Assembly: GCA_964016885.1 (NCBI GenBank)
Contig: OZ024746.1
Span: 31,062,001 to 31,126,000, forward strand
DNA length: 64,000 nucleotides
Source of the DNA: Eledone cirrhosa
Lineage: Eukaryota
Direction: 5' to 3'
The position numbers and the translations under genes are program-made. The notes below the pieces were generated by a model. The model made no database searches. It saw only the letters and a list, made by a program, of their open reading frames with translations, and was not told the DNA's origin. Below are positions 1 to 12,971 of the stretch, piece after piece (within the stretch, counting starts at the first letter, position 1; every line of letters begins with the position of its first letter).

Positions 1-447
1 TTGTGGCACCAGCACTGGAGAAGTCATATCAGGCCAGACTGAATAGACCTCTTAAACCCTACATTGTCTCAGTTTAATTATCTGGTCTCCCACCACATTT
101 ACTGTTAGTGTCACAGTGCTTGTATAAACTTATATTTTAAAGTTCATTTAAAGTTTATTGTCACTGTATTCTATCTATTAATCTATAGATAATAGTTATT
201 TATCTATTGTGGGCTTTTTGTCATCTTTGACTTAGTTGTAGCACTTTTGTTTAATTTTGCTGTGTCAGCACTTATGTATAATGTTGTGAATCAGCATAGT
301 TATATATTCCAAATCATCCCACACTCCCATCCCATTGGTCATATGTACCTGGGCCTACTTTGGCGTTCCAGTTTACTAAGACAACAAGGATGTCTATTTT
401 ATGAGCCGTCCTGATTATTCTCCAGGACTTTATAGAACTCTTCTCCT

Positions 448-958
448 ATGCTTTTCAACATCTTCCTGGAAAACATCATGCAAAAGACTCAAGACTTCTA
501 CACCTCAGTTTCCATTGGAGGCTGGCCCATTTCCAGTCTACAATTTGCTGATGACATTCACCTGTTAGGAAACAGTGAAGCAGAACTCCAGGAGCTCACT
601 GCCTGGTGGGAAAAAGTATCAGGAGCATACAGAATGGAGATCAACTCAGAAAAAAAGCAAGGTTCTATTTAATTGTAATAATCAGAATATAGCAACCAAC
701 ATCATGCTTAATGGAGGAAAACTTGAAGAAAAGGACACATTCAAGTACCTAGGATCCACTCTAACCAAAGATGGTAAACCTCAAAAGGAGTAATGACAAG
801 ACTCACCCTGGCCACATCTGTCCTGGTAAATCTGAATGTCATATGGAAAAGCAACTCCATCAGTTTTTTAATGAAGCTCAAACTATACAAGTCCTTGGTG
901 ACTTCAATCTTTTTGTATGGGTGTGAGAGTTGGACTCACAGCTGACATGGAATGAAGA
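448..958 (+). mobile_element. Degenerate non-LTR retrotransposon reverse-transcriptase fragment (RTE-like)
   Basis: Frameshifted ORFs 448-672 and 575-793 contain LFNIFLENIM, QFADDI (YADD-type motif) and FKYLGS. Confidence 0.85.
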
Positions 959-959
959 A

Positions 960-2217
960 TCTAGTCTCCCTTGCACACCACTTGTGATTCCTCTTAAACC
1001 CAGTTTCACCCTCAGTTCATCCAAGCTCTTTCTCTCACATTTACATTTGCACATATATTGAAGCATGGTTGTTTCATTTCTCTCCAGCCTATGAATCTCC
1101 TCTGCAGTCACTGCCCATGTTTCACTACCATACAGCACCATTGCCAGGCTTCTGCTTTTCAGCATCAATGATATTAAATACACCAGTGTCATTTTTAACA
1201 CACTTTTCCCCAATAACATCCCTATTCATACTGCTTTGTAATGCAGAACATTTCATGTCTCTGATGCTCACCTCAGAAGACATTGGCAAACTTTCTTTCT
1301 TCAGCCTCTTTCTGAACTATGTATACTTGTCCTCTAGCTTCTCTCTTAGCTACCTGGTACTGGTTTCTGCTACCCCCATTTTTCCAGTTTTTCCATGCCT
1401 GTCTCTTGAGTTTAATGGCTCTATTCACTGTGCTATTCAACCACCAGGTCACCCTCTGTCTGGTGCTTTGCTCCATTCACATGTCTCATATGTTTATTCT
1501 GATGTCACTAATAAATTTGTGTTGGGCGGCACATTCTTTCCCAGAGAAGGCCTTAGCATTTATTACTGTCTGTCTATCTCATCTTACAAGTAAAAAATCA
1601 ATCTGGTTTATGTATTGGCCTGATTTGTATGTGATCAGAAAACTGGTCGGTTTCCTGAAATTTGTATTGCAAATGGTTAGTTCAGTTGCATCACAGAATT
1701 CCATGAGCCTCACTTTCTCTTCAGCTCTTGATCCATAACCATAGCTTCTGTGAATTTCAGTGAATCCATGCTCGTACTATCCAACATATTCATTGAAGTC
1801 ACTTGCCAAGATGATGTCTCTTTCATCGGTGGCTAAGGTTGACAGTAAAAGTTCCTCATAGAACCAGTCCTTTTGTTCTTTACTCAGTCCTGCCTGTGAT
1901 GCATAGGTAAATGTAATTGTCACCATTCTATTTCCTACAGCTATTCTAAGCTCGATAATTCTGTCATTACCTTAACTACTTCTATTACCTTATCTATTCA
2001 TTTATCAGCTAGTAGAATGCCTACACCACCTACCCTATTGTCATTGCCTACCCAGAAAAGTTTGTATCTGTTGTTTGCCTGTGAGTAGTCTCGATGAAGC
2101 ACCCCTCCATCTTACCTAGTGTACACAGCATATATCCACTTCCCTCCTCTCTAACAACTCCACAATTTCACCTGATTTACCTTTTAAAATGCTAACATTG
2201 AAAGTAGCAACCCTGTA
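960..2217 (-). mobile_element. Decayed, internally deleted RTE LINE (APE endonuclease region plus C-terminal piece)
   Basis: The minus strand near 2215 reads RVATFNVSILKGKSGEIVELLERREVDICCV (APE N-terminus). Also present are TWWLN..AIKLKRQAWKNWK and LYGSETWA..RLERNE, with stops and frameshifts. Confidence 0.85.
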
Positions 2218-3900
2218 ATGTGTAATTCAGCAGAGGTTAGTTCCCTGAGTAGCAGTTTTTTGTACTTGGAAGGAAAACAGATTGTACGGTTGCTTGATGA
2301 CAGTCGAAGGGTTCTCACAGATGGCTACTCTGACAATCCCACTACCGTGCATAGCACTAACATGATTAGTGTTAACCCTGTATATGCAATTAGTGTTTAT
2401 CCTGTGTGTTGTGTTTTCTGTAATTTTGGCAGTGTTTTTTTTTTCTGATTGGAATCCCTTCCTATCACCAACCACTTTACAATGTTGACTAGGCGCATTA
2501 TTTGTGCCACCAGACTAGAGAAGTTGTCTTACTGGACTCGAGTCCTCTCCACTCTATATTAGTTTTTATTCGTGGTGTCTACTCTCGTAGATGGGTTGCC
2601 TTCACTACAGCTTACGGAGTCCACGTCTGCCATATGCAGTCATTTCTAATCAGTCACTGCCCTCCTAGACGGGTTGTGTGTGTATATATATATATGTATA
2701 ATGTACATATGTATAATTACATTGTATAGTTAGTTATACACTTAATACTACATGCTGGATCACCATCAACAGTCATATATTAATCAAAGAAACTGGAAGA
2801 TGAGGTTACTTATACACAAACTCAGAGCCACACACACATGCATGTGTGTGTCAATACTTTGTATAAATTTAACTTATCAAATATTTTGTCAGTCACTTTG
2901 TTGATGATGATGGTAGTGACAATGACGGTAGTAACAATGATAATAATAGTATAAGCAGCTGGTACATTGTCAATAATTATATTTAAGTTTCAATACAGAA
3001 GTTTGTGTGTGTGAACATATGTATGTGTGATTACATGTGCGTATGTGAATGTGTATGTGGGTATAAGTTACTGTGTGGGTATGAATATATATTTATATAG
3101 AAAGATAGATAGATAAGTGTGTGTGTATGGATATGAATGTGTATGTGTTATCTGTGATTCAATAGGTCAAAAGTCAGTATAATTAGTAACAGAAATTGTA
3201 CTATATCTATTATATATGTTCCATATGTTATACCTATTATATATATGTATGTGAAATGACAAAAGACCTGAGTCGGCAACCAGCCCAGCCCACAACGGGG
3301 CCACCCAGTAACACAGCCTCACTATGAGCATGGCACGGCCAACTGCTCAGACCTCCCTCATAATGGGACCACCTAGCTCCCAAATTAAGGTTCCAGTGTG
3401 CGCAGGGTATGGCAGTCAACTGGCCAGACTCTCCACAAAATGGTGCCACTCAGTTCCGCACTATAAACATGGTTGATGTTAGGAAGTGCATCCAGCAACC
3501 CTAAAAACCCAATCAACACACAGCTCTGACATGTTCCGGGTATGGCACAACCACCTGGCCAGACATGTCTCAAATAGGACCACCAAGTAACACGGCTCCA
3601 TTATGAACAAGGCATGGCATGGCCAACTGGCCAGATCTTCCTCATAATGGGAACACCCAGCCCCCAAATTAAGGTTCCGATGTGAGAGCAGAGTATGGGA
3701 CCCCCACTGAGGAGACCACTTCACAAACATTGACACATGTACACTTCCCAATCGTCCCTTCAACAACATCGAAGTGTGTGTGTGTTTTTTATTTGTCATC
3801 CTTTGCCCTTTATATATTTTTACTGCATTCTACCAACTTTCTGAAATACTTTTCAGTCATTTCTTACATATCTCTCAAGGCTTCATATTAACTATACTAC

Positions 3901-3939
<39 letters not shown>

Positions 3940-4000
3940 GAACACTGGTGGGTTATATCCGTAGTAGTAGTAGAGCTCTCAGTCCATGGGACGAGTTTGG

Positions 4001-4156
4001 TAGAAGTAGTTCCACAACAGTTAATTCACCATTTCCGAGAACAATTTGTTTTACCTTAAATGGATCATCAGCTCGGTTTCCAAGCTGATGATCTGTCTTA
4101 GGTGAAAAAAATGTTTTCTTGGAAATGGTGAATTAACTGTTGTGGAACTACTTCTA
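4001..4156. repeat. Palindromic insert (about 75-bp arms) abutting (TA)n; Penelope-like end remnant
   Basis: tagaagtagttccacaacagttaattcaccatttcc (4001-) is the reverse complement of ggaaatggtgaattaactgttgtggaactacttcta (-4156). Confidence 0.9.
4077..4125 (+). ncRNA. Minimal type I hammerhead ribozyme motif
   Basis: tttccaag-CTGATGA-tctgtcttaggt-GAAA-aaaatgtt-TT-cttggaaa, with an 8-bp stem I (tttccaag/cttggaaa). Stem II is weak. Confidence 0.6.
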
Positions 4157-4182
4157 TATATATATATATCTGTATTTTGTAG

Positions 4183-4266
4183 GTGTATGTTATTGAGGTA
4201 ACAATAGGACCCTACACATGGTGTGTCAGACATCGATATAGTGACTTCCATGATCTACATGATAAG
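4183..4266 (+). CDS. NISCH: Nischarin exon (PX domain), first exon visible
   Basis: ag|[28 protein letters not shown]|gtaaga; matches the nischarin PX motif [12 protein letters not shown]. Confidence 0.95.
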
Positions 4267-4595
4267 GTAAGACATCTTTATATACTATTTTTATTACCTT
4301 TTCCTTCTTTCTTCTCATCCTGTTTTCCTGTGGTTGCTTTTTAACCCTTTATGAATTAATAAAATAAACTAGTGAGGCAATTTGGCAAAATTGTTCCATC
4401 TCAGATGGTGACTTGTAGTATTTGTTCCAGCTTTGTACCCTGATTTTAAATCCTGTTGTTTACATAGGTGCTAGACTTAATCCATCACCCAGTTTAACAC
4501 TACCACCTGATCCTTGAGTGCTAGACTTAATCCATCACCCAATTTAACACTACCCCTACTAAGCAACACTGTGTGTTTATCTCTCTCTATTTCAG

Positions 4596-4778
4596 CTTGT
4601 CTCTACCTTCAAGATAGACAAGAGTTTACTTCCACCAAAAAAACTGTTTGGGAACCAGTCTGAGACTTTCATAAAGAAACGCCAGAATGACTTGGAGGTT
4701 TACTTACAGACAATTCTCTTTTATTTGGCACAGAAAATACCTCCAGTCTTGGCATATTTCCTCGACTTCAACAAATAT
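4596..4778 (+). CDS. NISCH: Nischarin exon (PX domain)
   Basis: cag|LVSTFKIDKSLLPPKKLFGNQSETFIKKRQNDLEVYLQTILFYLAQKIPPVLAYFLDFNKY|gtaagt, phase 0/0. Confidence 0.95.
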
Positions 4779-4862
4779 GTAAGTAGTGAACTATGTGCAA
4801 CATACATGCACCAACATACATATTAAATATTTATACACAACACAGTATCATCATCATTTAAC

Positions 4863-4907
<45 letters not shown>

Positions 4908-5795
4908 GTGTTAACGGGTCATCACAAACCAAGTCAGTACTTAATCAGAGTTACTGACCTCTCAGATAGGCAGAGGAGTACATCTCACTTGCATATGTTT
5001 CCACACGCACTCCCTCTCTACAGAGTGCACTGACTGCATATTATTATGGCTACAGCACTAAGGAGGTTGTCATATTTTTGACACAGCTGAAAAATACATC
5101 TAGCCCTTTGTTGGCAAATCTATGGTTGGATGCTCTTTCTAACACCAACCACTTTATAGAGTGTACTGGGTATGTTTATCATGGCACCAACACTAGAACA
5201 TTTGTCATGTCCTTGATACAACTGAAGAGTCCTCTCAACCTTTTTTGGCATGGTTCTTCCTATCATCAAGTATGTATTAGAAAAATGGCAATGGTAGTGT
5301 GTGTCTGGTATAAACGCATCCAATATAATCCCTCATACATCAAAACTTTCATTACCATTGTTCTAATGACATGTACTGTATTTCAGTGCATTGCTTACTG
5401 GTTAAGGTGTTGTACTTAGGATCATAATGTAATGAGTTCAATACTTGGACCAAGTGGCATGTTGTCTTTTTGAACAAAACACATCATTTCAAATTGCTCC
5501 AGTCAACCCAGCTAAAAATGACTAAAAACATAAGAGATTGCCTTTGCACGTTTCACAGCTATTTGGGTAAATGTGAATACATTTTTGTTATTCTCTTCAT
5601 ACACAGAAACTCATAAGAGATTGTGTTTTACATGTTTCACAGCTTATTTGACTGTTCATTAGAATACAAATGTCTTTACTTTCTAACTACAAAGAGAGCC
5701 TATAATAAACAGCTATTTATATGAAACACAAACATTTTGTTTGTTGTTTAAATAGGACTAGAATGATGATCATACTAATGTTATTGTTATTGCAG

Positions 5796-5844
5796 GAGAT
5801 TCATGGTATTACGCAGGCATTAGCAGAAGATTTATATAACAGAG
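5796..5844 (+). CDS. NISCH: Nischarin exon
   Basis: cag|EIHGITQALAEDLYNRG|gtatgt, phase 0/1 (human EINGITAALAEELFEKG). Confidence 0.93.
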
Positions 5845-5879
5845 GTATGTATCAAATTGTTATTGTTACTGTGATTGAA

Positions 5880-6060
5880 GCAGACATGTCAGTGGGGGTT
5901 AGGTGTAGTGGTGTAGAAATGACTTGGGGGACGTGGTTAGATGTGGTGTTTCAGACATGTCAGTGGGGGTTAGGTGTAGTGGTGTAGAAATGACTTGGGG
6001 GACGTGGTTAGATGTGGTGTTTCAGACATGTCAGTGGAGGTTAGGTGTTGTGGTGTTTGG
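5880..6060. repeat. 74-bp tandem duplication (about 2.5 copies), GT-rich
   Basis: cagacatgtcagtgggggttaggtgtagtggtgtagaaatgacttggggg recurs at a period of about 72-74 nt. Confidence 0.85.
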
Positions 6061-6983
6061 ATGTCTATGGAGGTTAGATGTGGTAGTGTAGACATGTCTG
6101 TGATAGTTTGATGTGGTGATACAGACTCTGGAGTGAGGGTTAGGTGTGGGGTGGCTGGGGTGGGAGTTAGGTCTAGGCGTTGCTGTGTTGGGAGTTAGGT
6201 GTAGGGATGGGTGGGGGTAGGTTTAGCGGTACAGATATGACTGAGTTGAAATTATATATGGTGGTTGTGAAATATAGTTTGCTGAAACTGAAGGGAAAGG
6301 TGTGTGTGATCAGTGTGACCAGTGCTGTGATTTAAGGATGTCAGACATGGGTGACAAACATGGAGCAGCAGAGAAAGTTGGAAAGAACAGAAATGAGAAT
6401 GTTCTGATGGATAAGTGGAGTATTGGAATAGTCAGTGATTTATATTGTGAAGGGAAATAGAATGAGATGGCTAAGTCATGTGTTGAGGAAGGGTGAGAAG
6501 AATACAGTCAGTGATGAATGTTGTGAAGAGAAATAGATGGTCAGGTCATGTGTTGAAGGATAAAAGTGGTTGGGTGAGAGGAGTGTTAGGAATAGAGCCA
6601 GTGGTTTCCACAGTATTTCAGTAATTCAGTTTGATTTTACAAACTATTGTTTTGTTACCATTTTTCTAATGAAAGACATTTTCTATAGTTTTCAAATCAT
6701 TTTGAAAATAAGGAATTTGCAGAGATTTAGTATTATTACTAACTTTCTCATTATTAAGTTTGGAGCATAACATAACAAAGGTTCTTATATAGAATTATGA
6801 TGGAAGGTATTTTAGATAAAGATAAACACTTTAAGGGTATCATCAAACCAGGAGCTGTTTGAACATAAGTTAACAAAGGTTCTTATAGAATTATGTATCA
6901 TAAAACCAGAGGCAGGGGTAGTTTGCTATCAAAAGGGCTTAACATTATTTTCTTAATCATGAAATCGTTTGTCTGTTTTTCAG

Positions 6984-7079
6984 GAGAATTAATTCTTCAA
7001 GCAAAAGAACCATTTCAAATGTCTACACTACATTTATATGCCTTAACTGAGAGGTTAAAGTTGCCAGAGCCAACCTGTG
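6984..7079 (+). CDS. NISCH: Nischarin exon
   Basis: cag|(G)ELILQAKEPFQMSTLHLYALTERLKLPEPTC|gtcagt, phase 1/1. Confidence 0.93.
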
Positions 7080-7139
7080 GTCAGTATTAGTTTATACAAG
7101 TATTTTAACTGCACCCACAGTCTAAACAATTTTTTCAAG

Positions 7140-7460
7140 GTCATGTAATGTTAGTGTGCATGAGCAATGATATATAGATGTGTTGAGAGAAAAACTGGGC
7201 ATAAGAAGAATTAGATGTTTTTATGCAAGAGAGAAGACTGCACTGGTATGGACATGTGATGCATATGAATGATGATTGTTGGGCAAAGAAGTGCCAAAAG
7301 ATCCAAGTGGGAAAGAAGCGACAAGAGAGGAAGACCTGGGCAGAAGTAGTGAGAGTTGATCTCAAAGCCATGAACCTCATTGAGGCAATAACTAAGGCAG
7401 ACAGGAATGGAGGGAAGCTGTGCTGGAGAAGACCCATCTAAATATGTTAGCATGGTCAAA
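7140..7460 (+). mobile_element. RTE LINE 3' fragment
   Basis: QERRLHWYGHVMHMNDDCWAKKC...KTWAEVVRVDL. Confidence 0.85.
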
Positions 7461-7967
7461 AAGAAAACCTGAAAAAATGATGTATAGAGATAAGAGTATT
7501 TAGATAGCATATTTCAGTAAAGTTTTCATTATATATTACATTATATATCCTGCTTGAAAAAGACCAAAGATGTTAATGTTCCTATATGAGAAAACTATGT
7601 GCCATAAAAGATGTTGAATCTCTTAACTTACTTATAACAGTGAGGATGGTCCCTGTGGGGTACGGTTGAACTCTCTCAATTGGCATTTTGAGCAAAAAAA
7701 ACTAATGCAAATTGAACATTAAATATCCAAAATAACAATAACTTATCAATCTCTCTGTGGACAGAATATGAAGGTTCCTCTGCTTTGGTGAATTTACAAA
7801 TAGAAATATGAAAATAGTCAGAACAATCCCAAATTTTTTCTGTCCATAAAGAAATAGAAATGTTTATATTTACTTATATTTCACAGTAAGGTTTATGATT
7901 TCTAAATTGTTTGTCTAAATCCATGAAATATTTCAAATTTAATTTAGTTTGCATGTTATATTTCCAG

Positions 7968-8035
7968 ATAGTGGTGATGTTAAAAAAGATATTGGACACA
8001 TTCTTGACTTCATCACAAGATTAAAACATCTAAAG
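7968..8035 (+). CDS. NISCH: Nischarin exon
   Basis: cag|(D)SGDVKKDIGHILDFITRLKHLK|gtattt, phase 1/0. Confidence 0.93.
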
Positions 8036-8596
8036 GTATTTCTCTTCTTTCTTTCATTACTTTTTGGGTTTTTTTACATTAAAAGAAACCAGTGTTAAAT
8101 TGGTGATAATCATTATCATCGTTTAGTGTCCATTTTCCACGTTAACATGGGTTAGACAAGCTCTCCCATTGTGAGACAAGCCAGGTCAGAGGACCATATT
8201 TTGCTCACACAGAACTGATTTTAGCTTAGTTTCTATGGCCGGATGCCCTTCCTAATGCCAACCACCTTTACATTTAATAATAATAATAATAATAATAGTG
8301 GTTGCTGATTTAGGCTCAAGGCCAACAATTTTGGGGAAAGTTGATTAAATCAACTCCAGTGCATTACTGGTGCTTTATTTTATCAACCCTGTAAGGACGA
8401 AAGGCAAAGCTAACCTTGGTGGGATTTGAACTCAGAACGAAGAAGGCCATAACTATATGCTGCAAAGCATGTTGTCCTCTGCTCTTCCAATACTGACAAT
8501 CCACCACCCTTTATAATAATAATAATAATTTGAACATATCAAAATTACTTTTAAATTTACCTTCTTTCTCTCTATATCTGTATCACTCTCTACTTC

Positions 8597-9055
8597 TCTC
8601 TCACCATATCTAGATCTCTCTCTCTTCTCTCTCACCATATCTAGATCTCTCTCTCTACCTCTCTCACTATATCTAGATTTATATCTCTGTCACCATATCT
8701 CTCTCTCTCTAGCTCTCTCTCACCATATCTAGATCTATATCACTCTTTATCTCTCTCATTTGCTGGCCTTGTGCCTAACGTAGAAACAATTATTTCTTGA
8801 TCTGCCGTCCCTTTACGATCTGAGTTCAAATCCCGCCGAAGTTGACTTTACCTTTCATCCTTACGGGGTCGATAAAATAAAGTACCAGTAATGCACTGGG
8901 TAATTGCTGGCCTTATGCCTAAAGTAGAAACAATTATTTCTTGATCTGCCTCACTCTATCTCTCTCTCTCACCAAATCTAGATCTATACCTCTCTCTCCC
9001 ATCATATCTAGATCTATATATCTTTCTCTCTCTCTCTCTCACCATATTTAGATCT
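8597..9055. repeat. Dispersed minisatellite ctctctcaccatatctagatct, interrupted by a SINE (8761-8938)
   Basis: About 8 copies; the last one forms the exon 9052 acceptor. Confidence 0.8.
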
Positions 9056-9147
9056 GTGGTAGCCGAGATCCAGTTGGTAGCAGTAATATTGATATGAATG
9101 AGTTACGTTTTGATCTGACTTTATTCAAATCTTTACAAACTTTAGAG
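9052..9147 (+). CDS. NISCH: Nischarin exon
   Basis: tag|ICGSRDPVGSSNIDMNELRFDLTLFKSLQTLE|gtaagt. Confidence 0.93.
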
Positions 9148-9516
9148 GTAAGTTATAATTTTTTATTCATACTGGTGCCTGTGTGTGTGTTTAGATAATG
9201 GAGGACAAAATTGTATGTCACTACAACCACCATCACCCTCACTACCACCACCATCACCCTCATCACCACCATTATTACCATCCTCATTCCCCACCACCAC
9301 CACCACCATCATCATCACCATCCTTGTCCTCATTTTATGTCTTTCCATGCTGGGTTGTCGTGGTCAGAGTCCTTATTTGGTATTACTGTCATCTTAGACA
9401 GATAGAAGCAGGTGTAATCAATTAGTTTACACACCTTAGTAGCTAAATGAAACCATATTCCACAATGGATTCGTTAGCTTCTGAATATAGATAACTATGA
9501 CTTGTGTTATTTTCAG

Positions 9517-9612
9517 ATTTTAAATTGTAACTCACTGCTCATTACTGGATTTGAGACAATTAAACAGACTCTACAGAAGATTGAAGCCCACCATTCCATG
9601 AAAGAAATTAAG
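9517..9612 (+). CDS. NISCH: Nischarin exon
   Basis: cag|ILNCNSLLITGFETIKQTLQKIEAHHSMKEIK|gtaagg. Confidence 0.9.
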
Positions 9613-9668
9613 GTAAGGGATGATAGGCCATGTTTAATCTATTACTCTTCTTTTTCTTCTTCTCCCAC

Positions 9669-9890
9669 TTACTCCTGAGAGGGTTGTGAAGGCAGAGTCC
9701 TCAGACACTCCTTCCAGCCAGTCCTGTCAGAAGCAACCATCTCCAACTGATCCAGCTGGATCTCCAACTGTGACCAGCCGAGCTCAAGCATGTTATCCAA
9801 CCATCTTGCTCGAAGTCTACCCCTCGGTCTCTTGCCAGTTGGTTTTGCCCTTAAAATCTGTCCAGTAATTCTTTCCTGAGACATTCTAAC
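9669..9890 (-). mobile_element. RTE-type LINE 3' end fragment (related copy at about 38355-38535)
   Basis: GKRPRGRLRARWLDNM...ASDRTGWKECL. Confidence 0.75.
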
Positions 9891-10304
9891 AATATCTGTT
9901 ACTCTTTAGATAAATTATATTATAATTAATGTTATTGTATCTCTAGCTACATTGTGTAGTAGACTTAATCCATTGCCTGGTTTAACACCACTACCTAGAC
10001 ATTGGGTGGTAGATTGAATCCATTGCCTGGTTTAACACCACATAGCCATTGGGTGCCTTTAGCAGAGTCCACTTAGATGCAATCTTTTGAATAAAGTCTC
10101 CTATTTGAGTATATCTTCCTGATTGAATGATAAAAAAAGTGTTAATCATTATTATTACTCTAATCCATGATGATGATGATGATGATATATGCCTTTATAT
10201 TTGTGATTAAGTGATAACAATAATTTTAAAAAAACATCTCTTATTCTTTCTCTAGCTGATGATGATGATATCTGTATCTCTATTTTGGGTTGTCTTTATT
10301 ATAG

Positions 10305-10430
10305 GATCTACTTCTACAGGAATTCTCGCATTGGCGAGACGAAGACGGAACCTTAATTGTAGAATTCTGGACTCACATTATAGAAGCAGATTTTAGTCAC
10401 AATTCTATAAAATGTATAGATGAGAGTGTA
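10305..10430 (+). CDS. NISCH: Nischarin exon (start of LRR region)
   Basis: tag|DLLLQEFSHWRDEDGTLIVEFWTHIIEADFSHNSIKCIDESV|gtaagt. Confidence 0.93.
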
Positions 10431-10780
10431 GTAAGTAACATTTATGAATTTATATATTTATATTGTATGCTTGTTTATCGATTGATTTATTGATCTGTCT
10501 AGATTATATAGTCATGTCTTAATTGATCTGCCTATACTTACACGCATATACATATATATAGGGTGTAGCCTCATTTAAACCACATCTGCTCTCCAACTTA
10601 ATATTATCTTTACACTTTTTCTTATTTTTGATTCTTGTTTTACTCTTTGATGAAGGGTTTAACTCCAAATGTTCCATCTCTTCCTATTCTATTCACTATA
10701 AATATTTCTACTCTAACAAAATGTCCATAGTTTTGAGTATAGATTTTTGGTCCTCTTTTCCACTTTTTGTTTGTTTCTAT

Positions 10781-11228
10781 CTATCTCCACATTTATCTGA
10801 CTATCTATCTCCACATTTATCTGACTATCTATCTCCACATTTACCTATCTATCTATCTCCACATTTACCTATCTATCTATCTCCACATTTACCTATCTAT
10901 CTATCTCCACATTTACCTATCTATCTATCTCCACATTTACCTATCTATCTATCTCCACATTTACCTATCTATCTATCTCCACATTTACCTGTCTATCTAT
11001 TTCCACATTTACCTATCTCTCTATCTCCATATTTACCTGATTATCTATCTCAATACGTATCTGTCTATTTGTTTCCATATTTACCTATCTGTCTTTTGTC
11101 TGTCTATCTCCCTATTTACCTATCTGTCTATCTATCTCCATGCTTACTTATCTGTCTATCTATCACCATACTTACCTGTCTATCTATCTCCATGCTTACC
11201 TGTCTATCTATCTCCATGCTTACCTGTC
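10781..11228. repeat. 24-bp minisatellite ctatctatctccacatttacctat, decaying towards the 3' end
   Basis: About 10 near-perfect units, then diverged ones; these give the YLSPHLPI ORF repeats. Confidence 0.95.
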
Positions 11229-11257
11229 TCTTTAACATTTGTGTTCTCTACTCACAG

Positions 11258-11453
11258 CAATTACTTCCACAAGTTGAACACCTGGACTTAAGTCACAACT
11301 TCATTGATACAATCCAGAACTTGCAGTGGTTAAGTCAATTGACTAGTTTAAATCTATCCCACAACAATATTGATCACCTGGATTCTCTGCATACAAAACT
11401 TGGTAACCTGAAGACCCTTAACCTGGCAGGTAACAGAATTAAACATCTACAAT
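11258..11453 (+). CDS. NISCH: Nischarin exon (leucine-rich repeats)
   Basis: cag|QLLPQVEHLDLSHNFIDTIQNLQWLSQLTSLNLSHNNIDHLDSLHTKLGNLKTLNLAGNRIKHLQ|gtaagt, phase 0/1. Confidence 0.95.
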
Positions 11454-11924
11454 GTAAGTTTCTTTCTATATGGAGCTTTTCTTTCTTTTCTTATTTGTTA
11501 GTTACACACAATTTTACTAGGGGCTAGTAAAACCCTAAGTATATAGCTGGTACTTATTTCAGCAATTTATTCTATACATTAGTGTTAAAAACTACCCTAA
11601 ATATATAGCTTGTACCTATTTTAGCAATATATATATACATAGAGAGAGAGAGATTTTGTGACATTAAAACCTCTTCCTCCTTTCTCCTAAGCCTTCACCT
11701 AGAATTAGCCTCTAGCTCGTACTTGGGGTGACTTTGATTTTTAAAAATAAACTAGTTATAGGTAGGATTTGAACTCGTAAATTTTTTATTTTATTTAATA
11801 CTACTATTATCATAGTAGTATCTCAACACACTACCTAAGACATATGATATCTGTGTTCTATTTGATACTGATTCATAATATCTCCATAAAGTACATGTCA
11901 TATCTCTCTAAATTGTTTTTCAAG

Positions 11925-11983
11925 GTTTATCAAAGTTATTTTCACTGGTTAATCTGGACATCAGTAACAACGATATTTCAGAG
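11925..11983 (+). CDS. NISCH: Nischarin exon (LRR)
   Basis: aag|(C)LSKLFSLVNLDISNNDISE|gtatgt, phase 1/0. Confidence 0.92.
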
Positions 11984-12371
11984 GTATGTACATTATCATT
12001 CTACTACACACTCCATTCTCCACACTATTACACCCTACACTCAACACTACACCATAAACTCTACACTATAAAACATACTTCACTTTACACCCTACTACAC
12101 ACTCCACTCTCTACACTACAATACTACACCCTGCACTCGGTTCTACGCTACTATATTCAGCATTCACTTTTTATTCTGCCTTCTCTATTTTCTACAACAC
12201 CTCAATCTATACCATTCTTTGCCATGTATATTGTATTATACCATACCATACTGCACCATAACATGCCACACCATACCATGTTATACCAGTGTTATCATAC
12301 CATAGTATACCATTGTTATTATACCATGCCATACCATTCTAACATTGGTATCCTCTCTACTATATATTTAG

Positions 12372-12500
12372 ATCAATGAAGTAAAGCATGTTAGTGGTTT
12401 ACCTTGTATGGAAAAGTTATCAATGGTAGCCAACTCGGTCACCATTGTCCTTGACTACAGAACTAAAGTACTGGCCATGTTTCTAGAGAGAGCTAATGAA
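12372..12500 (+). CDS. NISCH: Nischarin exon (LRR cap)
   Basis: tag|INEVKHVSGLPCMEKLSMVANSVTIVLDYRTKVLAMFLERANE|gtaagt. Confidence 0.95.
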
Positions 12501-12594
12501 GTAAGTGCTACATTTTTATTTTATACCTGCCTGTCTATCTAGCCATCCAGCCATCTGTCTGTTTGGTGTTGTGCTATGTATATATGTGTTTGTA

Positions 12595-12635
<41 letters not shown>

Positions 12636-12854
12636 ATAAATGTATGTATTTTTGTATGTATATATGTGTTTGTATAAATGTATGTATTTTTGTATGTATA
12701 TGTGTTTGTATAAATGTATGTATTTTTGTATGTGTATGTGTCTATATATATATATGTCTGCCTGTGTATAAATATATATATATATATACATATGCATATA
12801 TGTGTGTGTGTCTTTCTCTCTGTCTTTATATGTATGTGTGTGTTTTCTTCTTAG

Positions 12855-12971
12855 ATCTGTCTTGACAATATGAAGGCCTCCCAAAAAGAACTCGACACAG
12901 TAGCTGTGGTGTTGGCCATACAAAAATCTAAGGAAAATAAGGAGAAACTTCGCAAATTGATGCCAAATAAA
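12855..12971 (+). CDS. NISCH: Nischarin exon
   Basis: tag|ICLDNMKASQKELDTVAVVLAIQKSKENKEKLRKLMPNK|gtaaga (human [27 protein letters not shown]). Confidence 0.95.

Noticed and set aside
1-4182. Nischarin start exon
   Set aside because: No ATG-containing exon with a phase-0 donor and PX N-terminal similarity was recognised; it probably lies upstream of the window.
10644-10675. ctctttgatgaagggtttaactccaaatgtt, a hammerhead-like remnant
   Set aside because: Both core segments are mutated and there is no stem I or inverted arm; too degenerate to call.
10628-11257. N-terminal part of the 299-aa ORF (YLSPHLPI repeats) apparently fused to LRRs
   Set aside because: Intronic 24-bp minisatellite that happens to be in frame; the real exon starts at the cag acceptor at 11258.
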